A stretch of 32,000 nucleotides of DNA from Uncultured Candidatus Berkiella sp. (GCA_964633725.1 CAZWHY010000011.1:40345-72344); one strand, 5' to 3'; numbered from the stretch's first letter, positions 1-7,913 are shown. Program-made: numbers and translations. Notes: generated by a model from the sequence alone, not told the origin.

Positions 1-410
1 AACAAAGAGGAGATATTCATTATTTTGCCAGAATTTTTTCTTAAATAGGGTAAGCAGAGTTTTGTTAAATAAACATGCGACAAAAAATTAACTTGCATTT
101 GATTGTTTATATCATCTTCTGATAAATACTCAAGTGCGCCTACCAACGCAAAACCCGCATTATTGATTAAGAGATCAAGGCCGCTATCATTAAGCGCGTG
201 TTGTAGAGGCTTGTAACTATTTTTAATGCCAGTCACGGAGTGTTCAGACTCTATGATGATTAAATTATGATGTTTTAATGTGATGTTATTTTTAGAGCGG
301 GTCAATATAATCACGCGCCAAGATTTTTGTAGAAAATATTGAGCCACTTCAAATCCTAAGCCGCCTGATGCGCCTGAAATAAGAAGTGTTTTTTGTTTGT
401 TGTTAAGCAT
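1..410 (-). CDS. Short-chain dehydrogenase/reductase (SDR), N-terminal part only; the 3' end runs off the left edge of the window
   Basis: Not in the supplied ORF track because there is no stop in the window. Reading the reverse complement from the ATG at 410..408 gives MLNNKQKTLLISGASGGLGFEVAQYF...LLINNAGFALVG...GKIMNISS. This shows the Rossmann glycine motif (GASGGLG), the NNAG motif and the NISS stretch typical of the SDR catalytic-Ser region. The start overlaps the end of the upstream Rieske gene (ATGCTTAA, 8-nt overlap). Confidence 0.7.
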   Translation of the reverse strand, partial: MLNNKQKTLLISGASGGLGFEVAQYFLQKSWRVIILTRSKNNITLKHHNLIIIESEHSVTGIKNSYKPLQHALNDSGLDLLINNAGFALVGALEYLSEDDINNQMQVNFLSHVYLTKLCLPYLRKNSGKIMNISSL

Positions 411-1488
411 GTTGTATTTCTTTGATTTGAATTTTTTTAGTTGTATCGTTGTTTTGGGCTATATGATCTGACTGCGTTGTGTGATTTGTTTTGGGTTGTA
501 ACCAATTGGCTTTATTTTGCTTTTCTAAGTGTTTAATAAATGCAATAACGGCTTTGTCTTTTTTGATGGGGTTTTTGAAATTAAATATTATTTTTTGAAA
601 AACTTTTGTGTCACCCATCGCGAAATATAGTCCCGCTAATTTTGTTATTTGCAATAGACTATAATTACAAATCCAACCCAAAATACCTTTACGTTTTTTG
701 GTGAAAGCAATTGTCTGGCCAAAAGTTGAGCCGTCCGCTTCTTCGCGCAAGGCAAACATAAGATACAGATGCAAAAAATCAGGCCCTAATGTGACAGTGC
801 CATTGATGCCATTATAATAGCTTAGATCATAAGTAATGGCATTTTTATAAAATTTTGAAATCCAACGACCAAACCAATGGGTTTGTGGTGGTTTGCCTTG
901 GTTCTCAAATAAAATATTATGTTCGTTATTGATATTGGGTTCCATATTTAATATATGCCCAGGTAGTTTGTGTACCGTTTGAAAATGATGTTCATCGATG
1001 GCATTAATCATCACAATATTGGGGTGACATTTTTTTCGCCAACGGTTACCCAAAGAATACTCAAAGTCTATGGATTTTAACTCTGGCACATATGGGATAT
1101 CTTGATGTGGTGTGTCTTTGCCTGTCCATAACCAAATGAGACCATGTTTTTCCTGGACGGTATAATGCTGTATGGATATTTTTTTCTGGGGTAATTTATC
1201 GAGGCAAGGGATATCAATACATTGACCTTGTTTGTCAAACTTCCAATTATGAAAAAAGCAGCGCACACCTTGTCCTTCGACCTTCCCATCACCTAGGTGA
1301 GCGCCCATATGAGGGCAATATGCATCCAAGGCACCCAACGCACCTAACGCATCTTTAAAAATAACAATTTCTTTACCCATAAGGTTGATGGCACGAATAG
1401 TTTTATTCTTAATTTTTTTAGCGGACAATACCCAAATCCAAGCAACAGGGACATCACCTTGTTGACCGAAAGTTAACTTGTTGTGCAT
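403..1488 (-). CDS. Rieske [2Fe-2S] non-heme-iron oxygenase, alpha-subunit type
   Basis: 361-aa ORF. Rieske cluster ligands are YCPHMGAHL ... RCFFHNWKF (CxH...CxxH). The mononuclear iron motif is NAIDEHHFQTVH (D-x2-H-x4-H). It overlaps both neighbours, by 16 nt upstream and 8 nt downstream. Confidence 0.85.
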   Translation of the reverse strand: MHNKLTFGQQGDVPVAWIWVLSAKKIKNKTIRAINLMGKEIVIFKDALGALGALDAYCPHMGAHLGDGKVEGQGVRCFFHNWKFDKQGQCIDIPCLDKLPQKKISIQHYTVQEKHGLIWLWTGKDTPHQDIPYVPELKSIDFEYSLGNRWRKKCHPNIVMINAIDEHHFQTVHKLPGHILNMEPNINNEHNILFENQGKPPQTHWFGRWISKFYKNAITYDLSYYNGINGTVTLGPDFLHLYLMFALREEADGSTFGQTIAFTKKRKGILGWICNYSLLQITKLAGLYFAMGDTKVFQKIIFNFKNPIKKDKAVIAFIKHLEKQNKANWLQPKTNHTTQSDHIAQNNDTTKKIQIKEIQHA

Positions 1489-2216
1489 AATTCTGTTGTG
1501 TACCCTTGCTTGAAGATTCGTTTAGAGAGTGGTTTTAAATTTGACTCGCAAAGCTCACAAAGACAAACTAATTCATCCCCATTGGCATAGTTTGGGTTTT
1601 TTTCATAAAAAAACTTAATGTCTTTTCTTTGTAATAAATTTTCAGGAATATCTGCCCAGGCTTGTTTTATTTGCCCCTTAGAGGCGGCAAAATGGAGAAT
1701 GCCTTTATCGGCTTGATAAGCATCGCCAAATTTATGCGTGGCTAGGTGCTCGATCAATGCTTGTTCATATGTGGGAGTATTTGTTTCACAGTTAGGATAA
1801 AAAGCTTTGCTAAAAGCAGGTAAGTAACGATAAGTGCGGTGGCCTTTGACAATGATAAACCAATAAAGCGGCATATTTTGGTTTTTGGACTTAATGGAAC
1901 CCGCAAATTTTAACCATGCAAAAGCTAGTATAGGGTTGCCCCAGTATTGCTCGTGCATAATGGTATCGCCTGAAAATATAATTTGCAGCTCTTTGTTTTG
2001 AAAGTGCGTTTTATATTGCAAAATAGTTGTAAAGCCAATAATTTTATCTTGATCGAAAATAATGAGAACAACTGTTTTTTGGTTTAAATCTTGTTGAAAT
2101 AACTCGAAATTTGTGCAGTCGTAAAATTTATCATACAAAGAAAACATCGCCAACACATCTTGAGCGCTAATCTGGGTGGGGGGCAATATGTCAAATCTTA
2201 ATGGTTTCATCTGCAT
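1473..2216 (-). CDS. Hypothetical protein, possible GNAT-fold acyl-CoA N-acyltransferase (function uncertain)
   Basis: 247-aa ORF translationally overlapped with both neighbours. Its size and the beta-strand/helix pattern (IIGFTTILQY...IIFSGDTIMHEQYWGNPILAFAWLKF) resemble acyltransferase folds, but no canonical Q/RxxGxG/A motif is present. The CDS call is solid; the function call is weak. Confidence 0.45.
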   Translation of the reverse strand: MQMKPLRFDILPPTQISAQDVLAMFSLYDKFYDCTNFELFQQDLNQKTVVLIIFDQDKIIGFTTILQYKTHFQNKELQIIFSGDTIMHEQYWGNPILAFAWLKFAGSIKSKNQNMPLYWFIIVKGHRTYRYLPAFSKAFYPNCETNTPTYEQALIEHLATHKFGDAYQADKGILHFAASKGQIKQAWADIPENLLQRKDIKFFYEKNPNYANGDELVCLCELCESNLKPLSKRIFKQGYTTELCTTS

Positions 2217-2802
2217 TTACCCTTAATAATTTATGACAACATCTAATCGTTATGATGAATAATACCACTCCCGCTCCAACATCCAAAATATAGTGTTGTT
2301 TTGTTGTGAGAGTTGACAAAATAATTGCCGTAGCCCAAATAGGTGCAATTTTTCCCCAAGCATTAGATTGGTGTAGCCCAAAGGCGGCAATCAAGGCTAA
2401 AGCCGTATGTAATGATGGAAAACAGTTATTGGGGACATCTATTATATAAAGGCTTTTGAGTAAAAGATGGTTTGAGTCTAATTGTGGTATTTGTGTGGGA
2501 AAGATTACAAAAACAAATGTCGCGACAATGCTAGCAAATAAATAGTGGTAATATGTTTGAGTGGCAGCTTGCTCATTAGGTGCACACCATATGCCTACCC
2601 ATAAAAATACAAACTGTGATAAATAAATAACTATAGTCCAAGGAAGGAAAATAACATAATCATCTAACAGCGTATGTGGTGCTGGCTGTATAGATAATAT
2701 AGGATGGGCGCCTATTCCCAAATAAAGCACTGAAAATATGATGCAGCCTATTATGCTCATGCTGATTCTGTTTTTTGGGGTAAAACTAGGTAATGACTTC
2801 AT
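2191..2802 (-). CDS. PAP2-superfamily integral membrane protein of the PAP2_C / sphingomyelin-synthase / IPC-synthase-like type
   Basis: Multi-TM ORF with the motifs CFPSLHTALAL (SGH-type C2 motif) and TKQHYILDVGAGV (HYxxDV C3 motif). No KxxxxxxRP C1 motif is visible. The ORF track starts at 2865, but that start lies inside the upstream gene. I prefer ATG 2802 (MKSLPSF..., 17-nt overlap with the upstream stop); ATG 2760 is also possible. Confidence 0.6.
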   Translation of the reverse strand: MKSLPSFTPKNRISMSIIGCIIFSVLYLGIGAHPILSIQPAPHTLLDDYVIFLPWTIVIYLSQFVFLWVGIWCAPNEQAATQTYYHYLFASIVATFVFVIFPTQIPQLDSNHLLLKSLYIIDVPNNCFPSLHTALALIAAFGLHQSNAWGKIAPIWATAIILSTLTTKQHYILDVGAGVVLFIITIRCCHKLLRVNADETIKI

Positions 2803-4903
2803 CGTGCATATCGTGTTGATTTTTAACCCGCATAATCTCGTTATGGTATCGCCCGATACAAACAAAATAAAATAATTTATGTAAACTCATTAAGGCTCGC
2901 CAAGAGAATACCGTATCTCTTTGATCAACACCTGATGGCTCGTAAAAGTAATGACCTAGCAAGCCGGTCAATTGAGATAATGGCATTAGCAATAATACTA
3001 AAAAATTATGTTGGTGAACCGCAAGCAAGGCAATAGCATACATCATAATAAAAGCAATAAAATGTAAAGCAATATTGGTTTTATGTTGATGCTTTAAGAC
3101 AAAAATATCCCAATAGTTATCTAGTCTATGACCCAGTGTTTCAGCATTAATACGGTTCCTATAACGCTGGTAGCTTTGTTTTTGACTCATAATAGGTAAA
3201 CTTGGAGTAAAAACTTCACCTGTGGATTTTCTCTCCGGCTGATTCAGAGGCTGACCTTGTTTCGCTACTTTGATACCGGCAATGTAAACGGCTTCAACAG
3301 GCGAGTTATTATCATGTTTTACCATGCGCTCAGCATTGTTTAAGTTTGGATCTCTAAATAAATGCGCATCGGTCAACGGGGCTTGTAACTTTACGGGGTT
3401 TAAAATAACCAAATCGGCTTTTGTGCCTACTTGAATGTAACCAGTATCTAAATTAAACCATTTGGCCGGCTCATAAGTAATACGCTTAATAGCAGACTCT
3501 ACAGAGATAAATTGATTCTGTACGCTTTGTTTTATCAATGAGATAGCGCTGTCAAAATAGGCTAAATTTCTACAATGTGCCCCCGCATCACTGAATCCTG
3601 GTAGCACAAAAGGGTGCTTCATAAGCTTATTTCGTATCGCTTCTCGATGATTGGCGCCTGTGTGCTTCCAGCGTATATTTAGATCATACTCTTCTAGAAT
3701 AGCAATAAAAAAATCTAAGGGGTTTTGTTTTTGTCCATTCGCAATTTTAGCAATACTTTTATTTAGCCACTTTTTATTAGGGGCTTCTACTATATACATT
3801 TTATTCAGATTTCCACCAAAGGTTCTGCTTTTTAAGTTCAACCAATCTTTTTTGAACTTTGCTTTGAATCCTGATTTTTGCCAAAGCGCTTGGCGTTCTT
3901 TTGTTGTTTTGAGATTGTTGAGCAGATAACCCGATTCAAATTCTTCAAATAGTGGTGTAATCGGACCATCAGAGTAAATGGTAAAAGGCTCAGGAATGGT
4001 TTGAAATCGTATATTTGCCCCCAAGACTCGATTACAAATACTGGCAAATAATGTTGCGGAGCGCCAGGCTAATGGATCGATAGTCATATCCATTGCAGAT
4101 AAAATAGTGCATCGTAATGGTGCCCGGATGACGCCATAGCTTAATCGAACGATATTAAATATAGAGTGCCATAATTTTTTAGGATTAGGGGTTAGCTGGA
4201 ACACAGCATCTCGCTCTCTGCACAGGTTTGCTAGAGCAGCATACTCTTTATAGTTTGCATGATGTGAAGGTAAAGCCCTACCACAAAATTCGCCAGTGGT
4301 TCGATGCCAATGTACCATATCAATAGAAATGCCAATACAACCTGCATCAAGCGCTTCTGAAGCAAGTGTAACCATAGTTTGAATTTCTGCCTTAGTGGCA
4401 GTATTGTGTAAGCTTTGTTTTAGCCCCATGACCTCGGCTCTCATGGCGCTGTGCCCAGCTAATAAAGCAACATTAGGTCCTAAGTGTAAAGTTTTTAAAT
4501 ACGCAATATAAGTGTGTGTGTTTGGCCACTTGGTGGCGTTTTTTTGCCATAACGCAATAAGCTCTGGCATGGTTTCTACACGCTCAAATAAGTCTGCATT
4601 AACTACTGGATCGCCGATATTAAGAGATAAGCTACAATTCCCCATGATAATACTAGTGACACCATGGCGCACAGATTCACTTAAGCCGGGATTGATTTCA
4701 ACTTCTGCATCATAATGGGTATGGATATCAACAAAGCCTGGACAGATCCAAAGATTTTTTGCATTAACAGTAGTATGTGCAGGCTCAGAGATATTTTGAG
4801 CAACTTTAATGATTTTGCCATTTTGAATGGCAATATCTGCATGAAAGGGCGGGTTACCTTTGCCATCATAGACTAGCCCTCCATGCAGTATTGTGTCAAA
4901 CAT
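2786..4903 (-). CDS. Metal-dependent amidohydrolase (N-acyl-D-amino-acid deacylase family) fused to a C-terminal Mpo1/DUF962-like membrane domain
   Basis: 705-aa ORF. The N-terminus MFDTILHGGLVYDGKGNP...ICPGFVDIHTHYD carries the HxH metal motif and the overall layout of D-aminoacylases. The last ~110 aa (NYWDIFVLKHQHKTNIALHFIAF...LLGHYFYEPS...) are hydrophobic and match, from memory, the H-x4-N-x3-H and GHxx[FY]E motifs of yeast YGL010W/Mpo1-type proteins. Confidence 0.75.
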   Translation of the reverse strand: MFDTILHGGLVYDGKGNPPFHADIAIQNGKIIKVAQNISEPAHTTVNAKNLWICPGFVDIHTHYDAEVEINPGLSESVRHGVTSIIMGNCSLSLNIGDPVVNADLFERVETMPELIALWQKNATKWPNTHTYIAYLKTLHLGPNVALLAGHSAMRAEVMGLKQSLHNTATKAEIQTMVTLASEALDAGCIGISIDMVHWHRTTGEFCGRALPSHHANYKEYAALANLCRERDAVFQLTPNPKKLWHSIFNIVRLSYGVIRAPLRCTILSAMDMTIDPLAWRSATLFASICNRVLGANIRFQTIPEPFTIYSDGPITPLFEEFESGYLLNNLKTTKERQALWQKSGFKAKFKKDWLNLKSRTFGGNLNKMYIVEAPNKKWLNKSIAKIANGQKQNPLDFFIAILEEYDLNIRWKHTGANHREAIRNKLMKHPFVLPGFSDAGAHCRNLAYFDSAISLIKQSVQNQFISVESAIKRITYEPAKWFNLDTGYIQVGTKADLVILNPVKLQAPLTDAHLFRDPNLNNAERMVKHDNNSPVEAVYIAGIKVAKQGQPLNQPERKSTGEVFTPSLPIMSQKQSYQRYRNRINAETLGHRLDNYWDIFVLKHQHKTNIALHFIAFIMMYAIALLAVHQHNFLVLLLMPLSQLTGLLGHYFYEPSGVDQRDTVFSWRALMSLHKLFYFVCIGRYHNEIMRVKNQHDMHDEVIT

Positions 4904-4913
4904 GTTTTAGTGC

Positions 4914-5504
4914 TTATTTTTTACTTCTAAATAGTCTCATTAGGATAAAGCCAAGCAACAGACCTGCAGCAGCGCCTATCAATGCCACTTTCATCATTTG
5001 GGCTTTCACAGCATCTAACACGGGGTTATCTAGAATGCTACCAGAAAAATGTATAGACATGAGCTTCCATTGGTTATCTACTTTGTGTACAACAGCCGTC
5101 CAGCGTGTTTGCATGCTTCTCACATCACCATCTGTAAAGTAATAAGTTTCTTCTGCTGTGCCATCGACAACCCCAGCATTATCACTCAGAAAAATAGTTT
5201 TATCATCGGCTGTTGGTTTGATCGCCATCTTAGTTAAAATAGCTTTGTCGCCTTTGAATGTTTTATGCCAGTAATCTTTAAACTCGCTTAGGGAAGAAAA
5301 CTTACTGTTATCAAGTGTAATCAAGCTAAAATGCTCATCAAGATAGGGCTTTACTTGATCAAATTCCCCTTCATTCATTGCTGTTGTGCATTTTTGCATT
5401 AAAGTACGTAGTGCTTCATGATCCTTTTCTGTGCCATAAGCAAATAGTGAGGCTGAACTAAATACAAACAATATACAAAATATAGACGCAATCCAATTTC
5501 GCAT
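4914..5504 (-). CDS. Exported/membrane-anchored SnoaL-like (NTF2-fold, DUF4440-like) protein
   Basis: 196-aa ORF with an N-terminal signal-like segment (IASIFCILFVFSSASLFA) and a C-terminal hydrophobic anchor (VALIGAAAGLLLGFILMRLF). The middle part looks like small NTF2-fold proteins. A good SD (AAGGAAG) lies upstream, and the stop is 10 nt from the start of the amidohydrolase gene. Confidence 0.5.
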   Translation of the reverse strand: MRNWIASIFCILFVFSSASLFAYGTEKDHEALRTLMQKCTTAMNEGEFDQVKPYLDEHFSLITLDNSKFSSLSEFKDYWHKTFKGDKAILTKMAIKPTADDKTIFLSDNAGVVDGTAEETYYFTDGDVRSMQTRWTAVVHKVDNQWKLMSIHFSGSILDNPVLDAVKAQMMKVALIGAAAGLLLGFILMRLFRSKK

Positions 5505-5648
5505 TTTAACTTCCTTATATTAATTATTTTTATTTTTCACACGGCTTTTTCTTGACAAGGGTGTGATTTGGAGGTCAAATTAAACCACAAATTTGAGTTT
5601 GTATCTATATTATCTTCGTAGTACATTTTTCTGCAAAAAACATCCTAT

Positions 5649-6019
5649 ATGAAAGTTATTAACATGCCATATTATAATCACCATTCTCAGCCAGTTCATG
5701 AGCATCCTATTTTTAATAATTGGGATATCATTACCAAAGGCTGGTGCAGCGCCTTGAGCAATCGACACGAGTCAAAATCGTAAAGGTATATTAGGATTTA
5801 TGAAATCAAAATTTCTTTTATTTTTTAAAAGAAGAAGATGGCCAAATTTATGAAAACATTCAATTTAATACCAAACGTTTTTTAAAAATTGATCAACCGA
5901 TTGCAAAATATGTTGCCTACATTAATCGATTGCAACCCTCAAAGTGGTCTCATAAAAAAGTGGATGGCTTACAACAAGCAAGCACGAAAAAAATTTCGCG
6001 CCTGAATATTGCGACATAA
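5649..6019 (+). pseudogene. Decayed paralog of the Rieske oxygenase at 403..1488: N- and C-terminal remnants with an in-frame stop, a frameshift and the catalytic core deleted
   Basis: Frame 0 from ATG 5649 gives ...FNNWDIITKGWCSALSNRHESKS*KGILGFMKSKFLLFF. After a frame change at about 5828 it gives KEEDGQIYENIQFNTKRFLKIDQPIAKYVAYINRLQPSKW...*. By eye these align to the intact protein's AWIWVLSAKK...MGKEIVIFKD and to its C-terminal IFNFKNPIKKDKAVIAFIKHLEKQNKANW. F, N, K, K, D and W are identical at the same spacing. The CxH/CxxH and iron motifs are missing. Confidence 0.5.
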
Positions 6020-6032
6020 ATAATATTTCGAA

Positions 6033-6227
6033 TTATATTAAATAATTTTGACTTAAGCGAGCTAAGAATTGCTCTTCAGGCGATAGTGGAACCATTACAC
6101 ATGGAGCAAGCCCAGAAATACCGTGATAGTCACGATAATTCATGTAAGCTTGGCCATTATCGTCATACCAGAGGTCTCCTGAAGCACCAGAAACTTGTTC
6201 TATTTCATTATTCATTAGTTCTTTCAT
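6033..6227 (-). CDS. Small secreted-peptide precursor with a double-glycine (GG/GA) type leader; bacteriocin/microcin-like or signalling peptide
   Basis: 64-aa ORF starting MKELMNNEIEQVSGA|SGDL.... With cleavage after GA, the consensus leader positions are all filled: -4 V, -7 I, -8 E, -12 L, -15 M. The SD GGAGA lies 7 nt upstream of the ATG, and a sigma70-like promoter lies upstream (see next feature). Confidence 0.55.
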   Translation of the reverse strand: MKELMNNEIEQVSGASGDLWYDDNGQAYMNYRDYHGISGLAPCVMVPLSPEEQFLARLSQNYLI

Positions 6228-6270
6228 AAGTTATGTTCTCCACATAAGGTTTTCGTTAATTTATGCGGGT

Positions 6271-6299
6271 ATGTTAACTGGCTCATAATTGTTTGTCAA
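6271..6299 (-). promoter_or_regulatory. Sigma70-like promoter for the 64-aa peptide gene
   Basis: On the minus strand: TTGACA (6299..6294), a 17-nt spacer, then TAACAT (6276..6271), about 45 nt upstream of the ATG at 6227. Sequence match only. Such hexamers also occur by chance in AT-rich DNA. Confidence 0.35.
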
Positions 6300-6602
6300 A
6301 CTTTTTTTGTGCTTTGGTTGTTTTGACGTATCTTATTGTTTTACATGAGATTTAGCGAGTTGAATTAAATTAAAATTTGGTTATAATACACGGAAATATA
6401 ACGAAATTATTTAACTAAGTATTTTTTTCAGGCGATCTAGCCTCAATACGAAAAACCTAATTCGCCTATATTACCCTATGGATTAAGCATTTCTGCAAAA
6501 TATTCCATCATATTTCCTGTAGTACACCACTAGATAGGCTGGCTTCGATTATCGTTTATTTCAGATATTGTAATAGCATAACTTGCAAAATTAGAGCAGA
6601 TT

Positions 6603-7901
6603 ATGACTAACTTAAAAAAATGTGCTGAAGATCACTTTACAGTAATTTATCCGTATATCAAACAAATTTGCTTTAATGCTGAGCAAGAAGAGTGGCTTCT
6701 AAGTTTTTATTACGATGAAATATTGCCCTACGCCAAGAATATTATTGAGGAAAAATTCATTGCAAAGCAAAATATTACGATGCAAGGCTTACAATTTTTC
6801 TATATAAAACAATTTTTTGACTTTGAAAGCCGTACAGTGGATGAGCTGGCAGATGAAGCCGTTTATTTGCATAATGGTTTAAATGAAATTGATCTATTAT
6901 TGCGCAAATTCCAAAATGCATATTATTCAAATGTTTGGAACAAAAAACCAGGTTTCTCCCCAGAGTCTTTTTATTCTGAGCAATACCCGATAGGCATACG
7001 AAAATTATTAAAATTGTCGGCACTCTTTTGGATGATGGCAGAATTAGAAAAATCCTTGCAATCTGAACCCAACAATAAGAGCTTGTTAGAGTATGAAAAA
7101 TGGGTGAAGCGACGGTTTGTGATCCATAGCAATAATACCAATACGTTTTATAAGCGAATGATTTTAGAGTCGTTTCAACCAGATTTATTTTGGTATTTCT
7201 TGAATGGTAGTGACAGGTTTTTTACATTTTTTCAGATGGAGAAAATACGGTTCAAAAAAACTTGGAGAAATCTAAAGCAATCACTACACTATTTTTTAGA
7301 TGAGAAACTAGATGTGCACAAAGTATTTGTAGATTTTCCTGTTGCAACAGCACAGTTTAGTTTTAATATGCTATTTTTTATTTTATTGCCATATCGATTC
7401 TTGAGAACACTAACGAATGAGCTGTTTTATCATATTAAATCACCTGTGGTAGGTTTAATAGAAAGGCTCAATCCCAGATATAAATTAAACACCAGTAGTC
7501 ATTTATTATATCTATTATTTTTAGGATTGATCTATGGTTCGTTACTGACCATATTGGGCTTGCCCTTATTGCCCGTGCCTATTTCTTGGTTGCCCAATAT
7601 ATTGATGTCTCCCATGGCGGCTATTGTACCATTGAGCTATTTATTTTTTGTACCCTGTGCCGCTTTGGTCAAAAATTTCTATCATCGGTTTATACCTCAA
7701 AAATCAGATTCTGATGCGCTGGATAATTTAGATTGTATAAATAAAATAGATTCGTTAGCAGATTTATTGGTACCTGAATCAGAGTTATCATTACTGTATC
7801 GTTATAAAAATGAATCTCAGATTCAGCTTCATTCTTCACATTCTAGCGATGATGCGTCAGATATTGATCATATTAATACAGTGCAGTTTGGTTTGCGCTA
7901 G
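6603..7901 (+). CDS. Hypothetical membrane protein (orphan), soluble N-terminal two-thirds plus a C-terminal hydrophobic cluster
   Basis: 432-aa ORF with no motif I recognise. Hydrophobic segments are FSFNMLFFILLPY, HLLYLLFLGLIYGSLLTILGLPLLPVPISWL and AAIVPLSYLFFVPCAALV. The C-terminal tail is Ser/Asp-rich (SSHSSDDASDIDH). Confidence 0.55.
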   Translation: MTNLKKCAEDHFTVIYPYIKQICFNAEQEEWLLSFYYDEILPYAKNIIEEKFIAKQNITMQGLQFFYIKQFFDFESRTVDELADEAVYLHNGLNEIDLLLRKFQNAYYSNVWNKKPGFSPESFYSEQYPIGIRKLLKLSALFWMMAELEKSLQSEPNNKSLLEYEKWVKRRFVIHSNNTNTFYKRMILESFQPDLFWYFLNGSDRFFTFFQMEKIRFKKTWRNLKQSLHYFLDEKLDVHKVFVDFPVATAQFSFNMLFFILLPYRFLRTLTNELFYHIKSPVVGLIERLNPRYKLNTSSHLLYLLFLGLIYGSLLTILGLPLLPVPISWLPNILMSPMAAIVPLSYLFFVPCAALVKNFYHRFIPQKSDSDALDNLDCINKIDSLADLLVPESELSLLYRYKNESQIQLHSSHSSDDASDIDHINTVQFGLR

Positions 7902-7913
7902 TGGCCTAAGTTA

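Noticed and set aside
495-502. Exact GTTGTAAC (E. coli Ter core octamer) on the plus strand, noted because a tus-like gene is present
   Set aside because: An 8-mer is expected about once by chance in 2 x 32 kb. The flanks (ttttgGGTTGTAACcaatt) do not match the Ter consensus at the critical upstream positions, including the G/C-6 pair. The site also lies inside the Rieske coding sequence.
1077-1292. Short ORFs of 60-130 aa nested inside or antisense to larger genes. Examples: 1077..1292, 3651..3929, 3838..4047, 4512..4715, 4681..4869, 4891..5142, 5049..5237, 6775..7023, 7810..8016, 8246..8691, 10051..10248, 11893..12120, 12834..13143, 13533..13748, 13845..14132, 14453..14707, 15010..15428, 15701..17682, 17863..18165, 18576..19040, 20267..20458, 20784..20972, 21501..21734, 22188..22594, 23276..23500, 23798..24010, 26440..26755, 27113..27733, 30801..30998, 31601..31789
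   Set aside because: All lie within well-supported longer CDSs on the same or opposite strand. They have low-complexity or hydrophobic shadow-frame composition and no ribosome-binding context. They are treated as frame shadows.
1324-1350. Three imperfect in-frame 9-bp tandem units (GCGTTAGGT/GCGTTGGGT/GCCTTGGAT on the coding strand) encoding ALG-ALG-ALD just before the Rieske CPH motif
   Set aside because: This is a short in-frame micro-duplication in a loop region. It does not disrupt the cluster ligands and is too short to call a repeat feature or a phase-variation tract.
2803-2865. The longer start (ATG 2865) given in the ORF track for the PAP2 gene
   Set aside because: That start would overlap the upstream amidohydrolase gene by 80 nt and add a non-hydrophobic 21-aa extension. 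ATG 2802 (or 2760) immediately precedes the first TM helix.
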